Shown here one piece after another: positions 30,890-41,060 of a stretch of DNA of 64,000 bases. The notes beneath the pieces were generated by a model, which saw only the letters and a program-made list of their open reading frames with translations, was not told the DNA's origin and ran no database searches. A program made the translations under genes and the position numbers. The DNA comes from Acidimicrobiales bacterium. GTDB lineage: Bacteria > Actinomycetota > Acidimicrobiia > Acidimicrobiales > CAIXPF01. The stretch lies in NCBI GenBank assembly GCA_038255145.1, contig JBBSLP010000017.1, positions 17,153-81,152 on the forward strand, read 5' to 3'. Within the stretch, counting starts at the first letter, position 1, and each line of letters begins with the position of its first letter.

Positions 30890-31372
30890 GTGACGACGGC
30901 TGATCTTCCTGCCCGCCTGGGTGCGCTCGCCCACACGCTGTGGCGCGAACGGCACCTGCTCGAGGCCTGCCTCTACCGGGTGGAGTGCCAGCAGCTGATG
31001 GCCGAGGTGGGCCGCTCGCGCTGGCGGGAGCGGGCCGCCTTCGATGTCGAGGTGGCCTTCGACCGCCTCCGCGAGCACGGTCTGGTCCGAGACGTCCAGG
31101 TGAGCGCCCTGGCCGCCGACCTGGGTCTGGCCGGGGATGCCTGCCTTTCCGAGCTGGCTGCCCACGCCCCCGAGCCCTGGCCCGCCATCCTCGCCGACCA
31201 CCGCCGGGCGCTCGAGGCTCTGCTGGGTCGCCTGGACGTGCTGCCCGAGGGCAGCCGGGAGCTGGCCCGGCGCTCGGTGGCCCTGGTCCGCCCCTTCGTC
31301 GGCGGTTCCGCCGACGCTGGCATCCCCGTTCACCACGCTGCGCTCCTGGCCCCGCCCGTCGCTGCGGGCTGA
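30890..31372 (+). CDS. flgN: FlgN-like flagellar export chaperone (actinobacterial type)
   Basis: LWRERHLLE..L..QQL...GRSRW...EL.A.APEPW..IL.DHR pattern; adjacent to a FliA-like sigma factor. Confidence 0.72.
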   Translation: MTTADLPARLGALAHTLWRERHLLEACLYRVECQQLMAEVGRSRWRERAAFDVEVAFDRLREHGLVRDVQVSALAADLGLAGDACLSELAAHAPEPWPAILADHRRALEALLGRLDVLPEGSRELARRSVALVRPFVGGSADAGIPVHHAALLAPPVAAG

Positions 31373-31428
31373 ACGCGGTTCCAGCACATCTACCCACCTC
31401 CAAGGGGGGCATTGGGTGGGACCACCCG

Positions 31429-31456
31429 TCAAGGGGGCCCCGCTGTCGGTCGATCA
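31429..31456 (+). promoter_or_regulatory. Putative sigma28 promoter upstream of fliA
   Basis: TCAA-N16-GTCGATCA, followed by RBS aaggag and ATG at 31481. Confidence 0.4.
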
Positions 31457-31480
31457 CTGGTCGAACGACAAGGAGCGGGG

Positions 31481-32356
31481 ATGTACGCAAGGCGGACACA
31501 GGGGCACCGTGGCCATGGGATCAGCGGCGGCGACCTCGACGAGTTGATCGAGCGGCACCTGCCCCTGGTGGAGCACCAGGTGCTGCGGCTGTCGAGCGGC
31601 TTCCCCCGCTACGTGGACCGCAACGAGCTCATCTCCGCCGGCACCCTGGGCCTGGTCGAGGCGGCCCGGCGCTACGACCCCGCCACCGGCGTGCCCTTCG
31701 CCAACTTCGCCTCCCGACGCATCCGGGGCGCCATCCTCGACCTCGTCCGCTCCCACGACTGGGCCCCCCGGTCGGTGCGCTCGCTCAACCGACGGGTGGA
31801 GGCGGCCGAGCAGGTCCTGGCCAGCCGCCATGGGGTGCGACCCGACGACGAGGCCGTGGCCCTCGAGGCCGGCATCGACGTCGACCGCCTCGTGGAGCTC
31901 CGGGGCCGGGTGCGTCGCAGCGTGCTCGTGGCCCTCGACCACTCCTCCGGTGACCTCGATGGCGGGGGTGTGGCCAGCCGGCTGGCCGACCGGGCCGCCG
32001 CCACCCCTGACGAGGGGGTCGAGGCGGCCGAGCTGCGGGGCTACGTACGTGATGCACTACGCCAACTGCCCGAGCGCCACCGCATCGTCGCCGCCGGCCT
32101 GTACCTGGAAGGGTGCTCGTTCGACGAGCTGGCCGAGCTGCTGGACGTGACCCCGTCCCGGGTGTCCCAGCTGCGATCCGAGGCCGTGGAGATGATGCGC
32201 GACGGGGTCGCCGCCCAGTACCGCATGGCCCCGGCCGCCGCTCCCGTCGGTCGGGTGGCCCGCCGCAAGGCCAGCTACGCCGCCGCCATCGCCCGCTCGT
32301 CCACGTGGCGCGACCGCCTGTCCGACGACCCGGACCGCGTCCTCCGCTCGGCGTAG
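31481..32356 (+). CDS. fliA: FliA/WhiG family RNA polymerase sigma factor
   Basis: HLPLV, ELISAGTLGLVEAA.RYD, RIRGAILD..RSHDWAPRSVR, region 4 VTPSRVSQL. Confidence 0.88.
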   Translation: MYARRTQGHRGHGISGGDLDELIERHLPLVEHQVLRLSSGFPRYVDRNELISAGTLGLVEAARRYDPATGVPFANFASRRIRGAILDLVRSHDWAPRSVRSLNRRVEAAEQVLASRHGVRPDDEAVALEAGIDVDRLVELRGRVRRSVLVALDHSSGDLDGGGVASRLADRAAATPDEGVEAAELRGYVRDALRQLPERHRIVAAGLYLEGCSFDELAELLDVTPSRVSQLRSEAVEMMRDGVAAQYRMAPAAAPVGRVARRKASYAAAIARSSTWRDRLSDDPDRVLRSA

Positions 32357-32450
32357 CACCGCCCCCGGCCGACCCTGGCCGACGTCGTGAGGGCTGCGAC
32401 CAACGTCACCTAGGGTGGGGCCACACACCTCGAGAGGGAGTTGGGGAACG

Positions 32451-34082
32451 ATGGAGCTCTCCCACGTCGTCGGACCGGACGTCCCTGCGCTGCTGGAGGA
32501 GACGATCGGGCAGAACCTGGCCCGCACCGTGGCCCGCTTCGGAGAGCGAGAGGCCCTGGTCTCCTGCCACCAGGACATCCGCTGGACCTACACCGAGCTC
32601 GACGAGCGGGTGGACCAGCTGGCCCGGGCCTTCCTCCACCTCGGCCTCGAACAGGGCGACCGGGTGGGCATCTGGGCCCCCAACTACGCCGAGTGGGTGC
32701 TGGTGCAGTTCGCCACCGCCCGCATCGGCGTCATCCTCGTCAACGTCAACCCCGCCTACCGGACCCACGAGCTGGCCTACGCCCTCGAGCAGTCGGGCTG
32801 TCGGCTGCTTGTGGCCGCCCCCGCCTTCAAGGGCTCGGACTACCGGGCCATGGTCGACGAGGTGCGCGACGGCCTGAAGGCCCTCGAGCAGGTCATCTAC
32901 CTGTGGTCCCCGGAGTGGGAGGCGCTGTGGCGTCCCCAGAACCAGGCCTCCGCCGAGGCCGTCACCGCCCGGGCCGCCGGCCTGGTGGCCACCGACCCCA
33001 TCAACATCCAGTACACGTCGGGCACCACGGGACGGCCCAAGGGCGCCACCCTGACCCACCGCAACATCCTCAACAACGGCTTCCTGGTCGGTGAGGGCTG
33101 CGGCTACACCGAGGTCGACCGGGTGTGCATCCCCGTGCCCTTCTACCACTGCTTCGGCATGGTCATGGGCAACCTCGGCTGCGTCACCCACGGCGCCACC
33201 ATGGTCATCCCCGGCGACGCCTTCGACCCCGTGGCCGTGCTCGAGGCCGTGCAGGGTGAGCGCTGCACCTCGCTGTACGGCGTGCCCACCATGTTCATCG
33301 CCGAGTTGGGCCACCCCGACTTCGACAGCTACGACCTGAGCTCGTTGCGCACGGGGATCATGGCCGGCTCGCCCTGCCCGGTCGAGGTCATGAAGCAGTG
33401 CGTCGACCGCATGCACATGGCCGAGGTGACCATCTGCTACGGCATGACCGAGACGTCCCCGGTGTCGACCCAGACGGCGGCCTCGGACAGCCTGGACCGG
33501 CGCACGTCGACCGTGGGTCGGGTCCACCCCCACGTCGAGGTCAAGGTGGTCGACGCCGAGAGCGGTGAGACCGTGGCCCCCCGCGTGGCCGGCGAGTTCT
33601 GCACCCGGGGCTACTCGGTCATGTCGGGCTACTGGAACGAGCCCGAACGGACGGCGGAGGCCATCGACGCCGAGGGCTTCATGCACACCGGTGACCTGGC
33701 CACCATGGACGACGAGGGCTACCTCAACATCGTCGGCCGCATCAAGGACCTGGTCATCCGAGGTGGCGAGAACATCTACCCCCGGGAGGTCGAGGAGTTC
33801 CTCTACGGCCACCCCGACATCGCCGACGTCCAGGTGGTGGGGGTGCCCGACCCCCGCTACGGCGAGGAGCTCATGGCCTGGGTCGTCCTGCGCCCCGGCG
33901 CCACCCTGTCCGAGGACGAGGTACGGGAGTTCTGCCGGGGTCGGATCGCCCACTACAAGGTGCCCCGCTACGTGAAGTTCGTCGACGGCTTCCCCCTGAC
34001 GGTGACGGGCAAGGTGCAGAAGTTCCTCATGCGCCGGCAGGCCACCGAGGAGCTGGGCCTGGCCGAGGCCGAGACGGCCTGA
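32451..34082 (+). CDS. AMP-binding acyl-CoA synthetase
   Basis: [50 protein letters not shown]. Confidence 0.92.
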   Translation: MELSHVVGPDVPALLEETIGQNLARTVARFGEREALVSCHQDIRWTYTELDERVDQLARAFLHLGLEQGDRVGIWAPNYAEWVLVQFATARIGVILVNVNPAYRTHELAYALEQSGCRLLVAAPAFKGSDYRAMVDEVRDGLKALEQVIYLWSPEWEALWRPQNQASAEAVTARAAGLVATDPINIQYTSGTTGRPKGATLTHRNILNNGFLVGEGCGYTEVDRVCIPVPFYHCFGMVMGNLGCVTHGATMVIPGDAFDPVAVLEAVQGERCTSLYGVPTMFIAELGHPDFDSYDLSSLRTGIMAGSPCPVEVMKQCVDRMHMAEVTICYGMTETSPVSTQTAASDSLDRRTSTVGRVHPHVEVKVVDAESGETVAPRVAGEFCTRGYSVMSGYWNEPERTAEAIDAEGFMHTGDLATMDDEGYLNIVGRIKDLVIRGGENIYPREVEEFLYGHPDIADVQVVGVPDPRYGEELMAWVVLRPGATLSEDEVREFCRGRIAHYKVPRYVKFVDGFPLTVTGKVQKFLMRRQATEELGLAEAETA

Positions 34083-34237
34083 GCGGTGTCGGCCCATGTG
34101 GCCGAAAGCCCTGACGGGGGTACGGGACGGGGATGCGCAACAAGCTCGGCGGCCTCCTCAGCTCACCGTCCCGCCCACGGACCGTGACGGACTCGGAGCC
34201 GTTCCCCTCCACGGGGTGGCGGCGCGATGGTGGGTCC

Positions 34238-35461
34238 GTGCCCAGACGACGCAAGCTCGCTCCCACCCTGCTCGCCTCCTCGATGGCGCTGGCCCTCGTC
34301 ACCTCGTGCGCTGACGGTGGCGCGGGGACCGGCCCCACCACCAGCACCGCCGTCGACCCCCCGACCTCGACGACCGCCCCCACGACGACGGGCCCGACCA
34401 CCCCCACCACGGGGCCGACGACCACGGCGCCGGCCACCACGGCCCCCGCCCCCACCACGACGGTGCCCGCCGGACCTCAGCAGTACGACGTGACCACCGT
34501 GGCCTCGGGCCTCGAGGTGCCCTGGGGCATCGCCTTCCTCGGCGACGGACGGGCCGTGGTCTCCCAGCGCAAGTCGGGCCAGGTCGTGGCCATCACCCCC
34601 GACGGCACCATCAGCCCCGTGCTCACCCTGCCCTCGGTCGACCAGGGGGAAGGCGGGGCCCTGGGCCTGGCCATCGCGCCCGGCGACACCGGAGCCAACC
34701 CCACCGTGTACGCCTACATCACCACGGCCGGGGACAACCGGGTGGTGAAGTTCACCCTGGGCAGCGACACGGTGACCCCGGTGCTGACCGGCATCCCCGC
34801 GGCGTCCAACCACAACGGTGGGCGCATCGCCTTCGGCCCCGACGGCTTCCTGTACGTGGCCACCGGCGACGCCACCGTGCGTCCCGACGCCCAGGACCAG
34901 ACGTCCCTGGCCGGCAAGATCCTGAGGATCACCACCGACGGGCAGCCCGCCCCCGGCAACCCCTTCCCCGGTAGCCCGGTGTGGAGCCTGGGCCACCGCA
35001 ACGTCCAGGGCCTGACCTGGGACGCCGAGGGTCGTCTGTACGAGTCCGAGCTGGGCCAGGACACCTACGACGAGGTCAACATCATCGTGGCCGGGGCCAA
35101 CTACGGCTGGCCCGAGGTCGAGGGCGTGGGCGGCGATCCCACCTACGTCGACCCCATCTCGGTGTGGACCACCGACGAGAGCTCACCCAGTGGTGCCCTC
35201 ATCGCCAAGGACAGCGCGCTCGTGGCCTGGAACGGCGACCTGTTCGTGGCCGGCCTTCGCGGCGCCCGCCTGTGGCGCCTGGACCTGAACCCCGACGGCA
35301 CCGTGGCCGGACGGGAGGCCCTGCTCACCGGCGAGTACGGCCGCCTGCGCACCGTCGTGCAGGCCCCGGACGGCAGCATCTGGGTGGCCACCTCCAACCG
35401 CGACGGCCGGGGGGACCCCGCCAGCGGTGACGACCGCATCCTGCGCATCAGCCCCAAGTGA
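34238..35461 (+). CDS. PQQ-dependent sugar dehydrogenase (glucose/sorbosone dehydrogenase family) lipoprotein
   Basis: Lipobox LVTSC, Pro/Thr linker, GLEVPWG, HNGGRIAFGPDG, GHRNVQG, NYGWP, YGRLR. Confidence 0.88.
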   Translation: MPRRRKLAPTLLASSMALALVTSCADGGAGTGPTTSTAVDPPTSTTAPTTTGPTTPTTGPTTTAPATTAPAPTTTVPAGPQQYDVTTVASGLEVPWGIAFLGDGRAVVSQRKSGQVVAITPDGTISPVLTLPSVDQGEGGALGLAIAPGDTGANPTVYAYITTAGDNRVVKFTLGSDTVTPVLTGIPAASNHNGGRIAFGPDGFLYVATGDATVRPDAQDQTSLAGKILRITTDGQPAPGNPFPGSPVWSLGHRNVQGLTWDAEGRLYESELGQDTYDEVNIIVAGANYGWPEVEGVGGDPTYVDPISVWTTDESSPSGALIAKDSALVAWNGDLFVAGLRGARLWRLDLNPDGTVAGREALLTGEYGRLRTVVQAPDGSIWVATSNRDGRGDPASGDDRILRISPK

Positions 35462-35507
35462 GCTGATCCGCTGACCTGCTGATCGACCAACAGGTAGGTG
35501 TCGTCCG

Positions 35508-35534
35508 GCCCCGCCCGGTCCGTCCGGGTGGGGC
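35508..35534. terminator. Hairpin between convergent genes
   Basis: gccccgcccgg-tccgt-ccgggtggggc. Confidence 0.4.
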
Positions 35535-35564
35535 GGGACCGCGTTCAGCCCCGTGCAGCCGGGT

Positions 35565-36005
35565 TCAGCCGCCGACCACGTAGGTGGCCGTGGTCTGGGC
35601 CACCAGGCGACCGGGGTTCGACTCCTCGTAGACGTCGGCCAGCCCGTAGGCCACCTTGCGCCCCCGCTTGATGATGCGGGCCCGGCACAGCACGTCCTGG
35701 CCGCTGGCCGCGGGGCGCAGGAAGGTCGTCTTCAGCTCGTTGGTCAGGGCCAGGGGGACGATGCCCCCCCGGGTGAACACGGCGAAGTACACGGCGGCGT
35801 CGGCCAGGGCCATCATCACCGGGCCGCACACGAAGTCCACGGGTCGGGTCCAGCGGCGGTCGAACACCCAGCGGACGACGGCCTCGTCGGCGGCCAGCGC
35901 ATCGCAGCGCATGCCGAACTGGCCGAAGAAGGGCAGCTCGGCGGCGGCGAAGGCGTTCACCTCGTCGACGGACACGTCGCTGGCGCTGACCTGGCTGTCG
36001 TTCAT
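35565..36005 (-). CDS. PaaI family thioesterase (hotdog fold)
   Basis: RP..FVCGPVMMALAD, LKTTFLRPA, IIKRGRKVA. Confidence 0.82.
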   Translation of the reverse strand: MNDSQVSASDVSVDEVNAFAAAELPFFGQFGMRCDALAADEAVVRWVFDRRWTRPVDFVCGPVMMALADAAVYFAVFTRGGIVPLALTNELKTTFLRPAASGQDVLCRARIIKRGRKVAYGLADVYEESNPGRLVAQTTATYVVGG

Positions 36006-36059
36006 GTGCCCTCCGACCTGTCGTCCGGCCGGGGACGTTACGTCAGTCGGTGGGCGGGA

Positions 36060-37079
36060 TCAGCGGTGGGGCAGGTCCGGCGGACGGGCCGGAGGGGCGC
36101 CGGGGGGCGCCGGTCCCGTCACCGGCGGGTAGCCCTGTGGCGGTCCCGGCGGTGGGTCCACGGGCCAGGCCGCCGGGGGAGCGGTGGGGTCGACGGGCAC
36201 GGGGGTGGCGCCGGCGCCACCGTCGGGAGGGGGGAGGTCGCGCGACGCCCACCCGGGCGAAGCGGTCTCCGGCGGCGTGGCCGGCCACGGCTCCAGCCCG
36301 TCGCCACCCGCGCCTCGGGGCCCGTCGCCCGCCGAGCTCAGGATGGGTCGCCGGGAGGGCCGGCGCCGCTCGTCGAGCATGATCCAGCCGAAGGCGCCGG
36401 CCACGGCCACCAGACCCAGGCCCAACGACAGCAGCCCCCACGGCGGTCTGGAACCACCCACGGTGGTGGTCTCGGCCACCAGGCGCTGGCGGCGGTCACC
36501 GACGGTCAGGTTCCAGGCGAAGCGGCCGCCGTCGACGCGATCGGCGTTGTGCTGCAGGGCCTGGCCCGGCAGTTGCACGCTCACCTTGACGTGGAGGCCG
36601 TCGGCCGCGGCCCGGGTCGCCGGGGGCAGCTCGGCCGTTGCCGGCAGCATGGCCGCGGCCTCGAAGTACCAACCCGTGGGCGTGCGGGCCACAGCGAACT
36701 GGTCGAGGGACAACCGGGCTCCGGTGTCGCCCAGGGAGCCCTCGGCGGCGTCGGCCATGTCGGCCAGCACCCCGTCGAAATCCTCCATGCGCTCGGCCAA
36801 CTGATCGAGGTCCTCGAAGCGGGCCCGGAGCTCGGTGCCCACGAACCCGGCGTTCCGGTAGGGCTCCGCGGTCATGCCCGGGGGCAGGTCGCGGGGGACG
36901 AGCAGGGTGGCGCCCTGGTCCTCGGTGTCGATCAGCGCCAGCGTGGATTCATCGACCGCTTCGAGTATGCGCAGCTCACCGCTACCGTCGCGCTTCACCT
37001 CGAGGTCGACCTGGCCGCGCAGGCAGCCGCTCGTCAGCAGGACGAGGCAGCCCAGCAGCAGGACGAACCGGTGGCGCAC
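36060..37079 (-). CDS. LppM/DUF3153-like lipoprotein with C-terminal TM and Pro-rich tail
   Basis: Lipobox LTSGC, V.RDGSG, V.LPG...HNAD, TM helix, Pro-rich tail. Confidence 0.65.
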   Translation of the reverse strand: MRHRFVLLLGCLVLLTSGCLRGQVDLEVKRDGSGELRILEAVDESTLALIDTEDQGATLLVPRDLPPGMTAEPYRNAGFVGTELRARFEDLDQLAERMEDFDGVLADMADAAEGSLGDTGARLSLDQFAVARTPTGWYFEAAAMLPATAELPPATRAAADGLHVKVSVQLPGQALQHNADRVDGGRFAWNLTVGDRRQRLVAETTTVGGSRPPWGLLSLGLGLVAVAGAFGWIMLDERRRPSRRPILSSAGDGPRGAGGDGLEPWPATPPETASPGWASRDLPPPDGGAGATPVPVDPTAPPAAWPVDPPPGPPQGYPPVTGPAPPGAPPARPPDLPHR

Positions 37080-37194
37080 GGCACAAGTCTGCCCGAGTGG
37101 CGGCCTTCTGGGCGCCGAAGGCAGCGATAGCGTTCCGATCGATGTCGGCGAGGCCTGCTGCTGCCCGCCGGACGAAGGGGGAAGGGGAACGGCA

Positions 37195-37785
37195 ATGGGA
37201 ACGCAGAACACCGAGTTCGAGCTGTCCGGGGTCAACCACATCGCACTGGTCAGCCGGGACATGGCCCGCACCACCGAGTTCTATCGGGACGTGCTCGGCA
37301 TGCCCCTGACCAAGACGCTGAACATCCCCAACGGGGGCCAGCACTTCTTCTTCGACATGGGCAACAACGACAGCCTGGCCTTCTTCTGGTTCCCCCATGC
37401 CCCGGCCGGCCAGCCCGGGGTGTCCTCGCCTGGGGCCATGCCCGGCGGCGGTGACATCGTCAGCGCCCACGGCTCCATGAACCACCTGTCCTTCAACGTG
37501 CCCCTCGAGCGCTTCGAGGAGTACCACGCCAAGCTGGCGGCCAAGGGCGTGCCCGTGTCCCGCATCCTCGACCACGACGACAGCCCGTCGACCGTGGCCC
37601 GCGAGTTCCACCCCGGCGTGTTCGTGCGCTCGTTCTACTTCCAGGGCCCCGATGGTGAACTGCTCGAGTTCGCCGCCTGGACCCGGGCCATGAACGAATC
37701 AGACGTCAACGTCGACCCCGTCGATGCCACCGGCACCCCGGTGCCCATGATCACCGGTGCGGCCGCGGTGGCCGGCGGCGCCTGA
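37195..37785 (+). CDS. VOC (glyoxalase) family protein
   Basis: GVNHIALVSRDM..T.EFY..VLG, QHFFFD, MNHLSF, SFYFQGPDG.LLE. Confidence 0.85.
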   Translation: MGTQNTEFELSGVNHIALVSRDMARTTEFYRDVLGMPLTKTLNIPNGGQHFFFDMGNNDSLAFFWFPHAPAGQPGVSSPGAMPGGGDIVSAHGSMNHLSFNVPLERFEEYHAKLAAKGVPVSRILDHDDSPSTVAREFHPGVFVRSFYFQGPDGELLEFAAWTRAMNESDVNVDPVDATGTPVPMITGAAAVAGGA

Positions 37786-37863
37786 GCCCTCAGCTGCGCT
37801 TCCCCGTGGCGCCCGACCGACCGTCGGGTTGCCCGGGGGGCCGCCACCGGCGATGCTCGGTGG

Positions 37864-38193
37864 GTGACCGTCGTGAAGATCAACGCCATCACCGTGCCCG
37901 AAGGTTCGGGGGACGAGCTGGCCAACCGGTTCGCCGCCCGGGCCGGAGCCGTCGACGACCGTGAGGGCTTCGAGGGCTTCGAGCTGCTCAAGCCCACGGA
38001 CGGCCGCAACGTCTGGCTGGTGGTGACCCGCTGGAAGGACGAGGACTCGTTCAACGCCTGGGTCAGCTCGCCCGCCTTCGGCCACGGTCACCAGGGGGCC
38101 GGCCGCCCCGCCGCCCATGGGGGCCCCGTGTCCGTCAGCTCCGAGGTGTGGGGCTACGAGACCACCGTCACCTCGCCGGGCAACAACGGCTGA
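37864..38193 (+). CDS. Antibiotic-biosynthesis-monooxygenase family protein, MhuD-like heme-degrading enzyme
   Basis: VVKINAI.VP.G.G.EL..RFA.RA.AV...GF.GF.LL.P; Asn, Trp and His positions resemble M. tuberculosis MhuD. Confidence 0.78.
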   Translation: MTVVKINAITVPEGSGDELANRFAARAGAVDDREGFEGFELLKPTDGRNVWLVVTRWKDEDSFNAWVSSPAFGHGHQGAGRPAAHGGPVSVSSEVWGYETTVTSPGNNG

Positions 38194-38292
38194 CGTCGCC
38201 GGGCGAGCACCGCTGACACCGTCGACAGGGGGTCACGCCGGCGTCACCCCCTGTTGGCATCGTCGTCACCCGTCCCGGGTACCTTCGCCGTC

Positions 38293-39132
38293 GTGCGCAT
38301 ACTCGTGACGAACGACGACGGGATCGATTCGGTCGGGCTCCACGCCCTCGCCGCGGCCATGGGCCAGCACGGCGAGGTGGTGATCGTGGCCCCCGACACC
38401 GAGTACTCCGGAGCGGGGGCCGCCATCGGTGCCCTCAGCGTGATCCAGCCCGAGGTCAAGCGGGTGGCGGTGAACGCCCCCGGCCTCGAGGGTGTGGCGG
38501 CGTGGACGGTCAGTGGCCCCCCGGCCCTGTGCATCTACTTCGCCAAGCTGGGCGCCTTCGGCGCCCTGCCCGACCTGGTGGTCTCGGGCATCAACCCCGG
38601 GGCCAACGTGGGCCGGTCCATCTACCACTCGGGCACGGTGGGGGCCTGCCTCACCGCCCGCACCGGGGGCATCCCCTCCGTCGCGGTGAGCCAGGAGGTC
38701 TCGGCCACGGCCGAGGTCGAGGGTCAGGGCTTCGAGGAGGCCCTCGGTGACCAGCTGTGGGACAGCGCGGCCACCGTCGCCGCCCACATCGTGGGCGGGC
38801 TGCTGGCCCAGCCCCCGGTGGGCGACGTGCCCGTGCTCAACATCAACGTGCCCAACCTTCCCCTCGACGAGATCAAGGGGTGGCGGTTCTGCGAGGTGGG
38901 CTCGACCCCGCCCCGGGCCCTGTCCTCGGTCACCCTCGAGGAGCGGCCGGGCAAAGAGGGCTCGTTCCGGGTTGTCATGGCCTACGGCGCCCGCAACGTG
39001 CTGCCCCCCGAGGTCGACGGCGGCGCCGTGGACGACGGCTACGTGGCCCTCAGCTGGCTGAGCCGGATCGAGCACCGGGACGCCGGGGCCAGCGGTCTCG
39101 ACGCGGCCCTCGACGCCCTGCTGCTGCGCTGA
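38293..39132 (+). CDS. surE: 5'/3'-nucleotidase SurE
   Basis: RILVTNDDG, VVSGINPGANVG, HSGTVGA, LNINVP. Confidence 0.9.
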   Translation: MRILVTNDDGIDSVGLHALAAAMGQHGEVVIVAPDTEYSGAGAAIGALSVIQPEVKRVAVNAPGLEGVAAWTVSGPPALCIYFAKLGAFGALPDLVVSGINPGANVGRSIYHSGTVGACLTARTGGIPSVAVSQEVSATAEVEGQGFEEALGDQLWDSAATVAAHIVGGLLAQPPVGDVPVLNINVPNLPLDEIKGWRFCEVGSTPPRALSSVTLEERPGKEGSFRVVMAYGARNVLPPEVDGGAVDDGYVALSWLSRIEHRDAGASGLDAALDALLLR

Positions 39133-39133
39133 T

Positions 39134-39973
39134 CTATCGGTCGAGCTTGGTGAAGGCCTTGCGGGTGGCCCGCATGCCGTCGACGGCCTTGGGCACGCCG
39201 GCGTAGATGCACATCATGGTCATGGTCTCCTCGATCTCGGTCCGGCTCAGCCCGTGGTTGAGCCCGGCCGGCACGTGGAAGGCCAGCTCCTCGACCTGGC
39301 CGAGGGCGGCCAGCATGGAGATGACGACCAGGGAGCGGTCCCGGCGCGAGAGCTGGGGCCGGCTCCACACCTCGCCGAAGGCCCAGTGGAAGGCGATGGT
39401 GCCCACCGCGCCCAGGGCTTCTTCCATGGCAGCCAGGTCGGCGTCGGGATCGGGGTTCGAGCGGCCCCCGGTCAGGGTGCGGCGGACGTCGGCGGCGTCG
39501 ATGCGGCGCTGCTCGTCGCTCTTGCGCTCGGCCGGCGGGCGTCCCTCGACCCGGGTGGTGCCGTCCTTGCGGTTCCACACCGCGTCGATGTGGCGGCTCG
39601 AGGCCATGGCCGCGGGGAACCCGCCGTAGACGGCGCAGTGCAGCAGCACCTCCTCGATCTCCTCCCGGCTGAGGCCGATGTCGAGGGCGATCTCGGTGTG
39701 GGCCTCGAGCTCTTCGCCCCGGGCGTGGACCATGAGGGCGGACAGGCGGATGAAGGCCTGGTCACGAGGGGGGAGCACGGCCCGGCCCCACAGGTCACCC
39801 ATGACCGTGTCCACGGCGAAGCTGCCCAGGGCACCGTGGCGGCGCTCCAGCCAGTTGGTGGCCCGCACGGCGTCGGCCTGTTCGCCCCGGGCGGCCCGGT
39901 AGGCGCCCAGCGCCCGCTCCCGTCGTGCTTCCCAGCTGCCCTCGTCCGTGCTCGCGCCCGTGTCCTCGGCCAT
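39134..39973 (-). CDS. Carboxymuconolactone decarboxylase (CMD) family protein with two tandem domains
   Basis: Two repeats: GDLWGR..L.PRD..EIEEVLLH.AVYGGFP and GEVWSRPQLSRRDRS..EIEE....IYAGVP. Confidence 0.82.
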   Translation of the reverse strand: MAEDTGASTDEGSWEARRERALGAYRAARGEQADAVRATNWLERRHGALGSFAVDTVMGDLWGRAVLPPRDQAFIRLSALMVHARGEELEAHTEIALDIGLSREEIEEVLLHCAVYGGFPAAMASSRHIDAVWNRKDGTTRVEGRPPAERKSDEQRRIDAADVRRTLTGGRSNPDPDADLAAMEEALGAVGTIAFHWAFGEVWSRPQLSRRDRSLVVISMLAALGQVEELAFHVPAGLNHGLSRTEIEETMTMMCIYAGVPKAVDGMRATRKAFTKLDR

Positions 39974-40132
39974 GGTCGTCTCCTCCGGTGGCTGGTCCCC
40001 ACCCCGGTCGGCCTGGCGCCGGCCGGGGGTCGCTGGCGACCGTAGCCGCTGCCGTCGGGCCGACCGGGCGGATCCGGGGCCCCATCCTGACGGTGGGGTC
40101 AACTTGGGCGCCAGGGGTGTGGATGGGGCAGG

Positions 40133-41059
40133 ATGCGACCCATGGAGTGGGGGATTCACCTGCCGCACCTGGGACGCCAGGCGTCCCGGGAGGCGCTCAT
40201 CACGTTCGCCCAGAAGGCCGAGGCCCTGGGCTTCCACTCCGGATGGGTCAGCGACCATGTCGTCTGGCCCCGCGACATCACGTCGAAGTACCCCTACACC
40301 GACGACGGGTCCTTCCCGGCCACCCCGGACATGGCCTGGCTCGACCCCATCGGCACCATGTTCTTCGTGGCCGCCGTCACCGAGCGCATCAAGCTCGCCC
40401 CCACCGTGCTCGTGCTGGGCTACCGGCCCCCGATCCTGACGGCCAAGGCCATCGCCTCGCTCGACGTGCTGTCGGGTGGGCGGGTCATCTTCGGCGTCGG
40501 CGTGGGCTGGATGCGCGAGGAGTTCGACGTCATCGGCATGCCCTTCGACCACCGCGGCGCCCGGGCCGACGAGCAGCTCGAGCTGTTCCAGGTGCTGGTC
40601 TCCCAGGAGAACCCCAGCTTCGACGGCCGCTACTACTCCATCCCCGAGGTCGGCTTCGAGCCCAAGCCCGTGCAGGACCACATCCCCATCTGGGTGGGTG
40701 GGTCCAGCGAGCCCGCGTTCAAGCGCGTCGTGCGCTTCGGTGACGCCTTCCACGCCGCCTTCGAGCCGGTGGAGACGGTGAAGGCGAGCTGGGCCCGCAT
40801 AGGCGAGCTGTGTGACGAGGCCGGCCGCAGCCGCGACGAGCTCACCCTGTCCATCCGGCTCTACCTCGACCCCGCCTCGATCATGACGGCGTCCAAGTCG
40901 GTGGCCGGCTCACCGGCCCAGATGCTCGACACCATCGGCGCCTGGCGTGACATCGGGGTGACCAACATCGTGTTGGACCCGGTGACCCGGGGTGGCATCC
41001 CCGGTCGCATGGAGGCCATCGAGGCGTTCATGGATCAGGTGGGTTCCCAGGCGGACTGA
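40133..41059 (+). CDS. LLM class F420-dependent oxidoreductase
   Basis: WVSDHVV, ASLDVLSGGR, GVGVGWMREEF, PIWVGG. Confidence 0.88.
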   Translation: MRPMEWGIHLPHLGRQASREALITFAQKAEALGFHSGWVSDHVVWPRDITSKYPYTDDGSFPATPDMAWLDPIGTMFFVAAVTERIKLAPTVLVLGYRPPILTAKAIASLDVLSGGRVIFGVGVGWMREEFDVIGMPFDHRGARADEQLELFQVLVSQENPSFDGRYYSIPEVGFEPKPVQDHIPIWVGGSSEPAFKRVVRFGDAFHAAFEPVETVKASWARIGELCDEAGRSRDELTLSIRLYLDPASIMTASKSVAGSPAQMLDTIGAWRDIGVTNIVLDPVTRGGIPGRMEAIEAFMDQVGSQAD

Positions 41060-41060
41060 C

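Noticed and set aside
39134-40753. 539-aa CMD 'fusion'
   Set aside because: The extension is antisense to the LLM gene; the start at 39973 has a ggaggag RBS.
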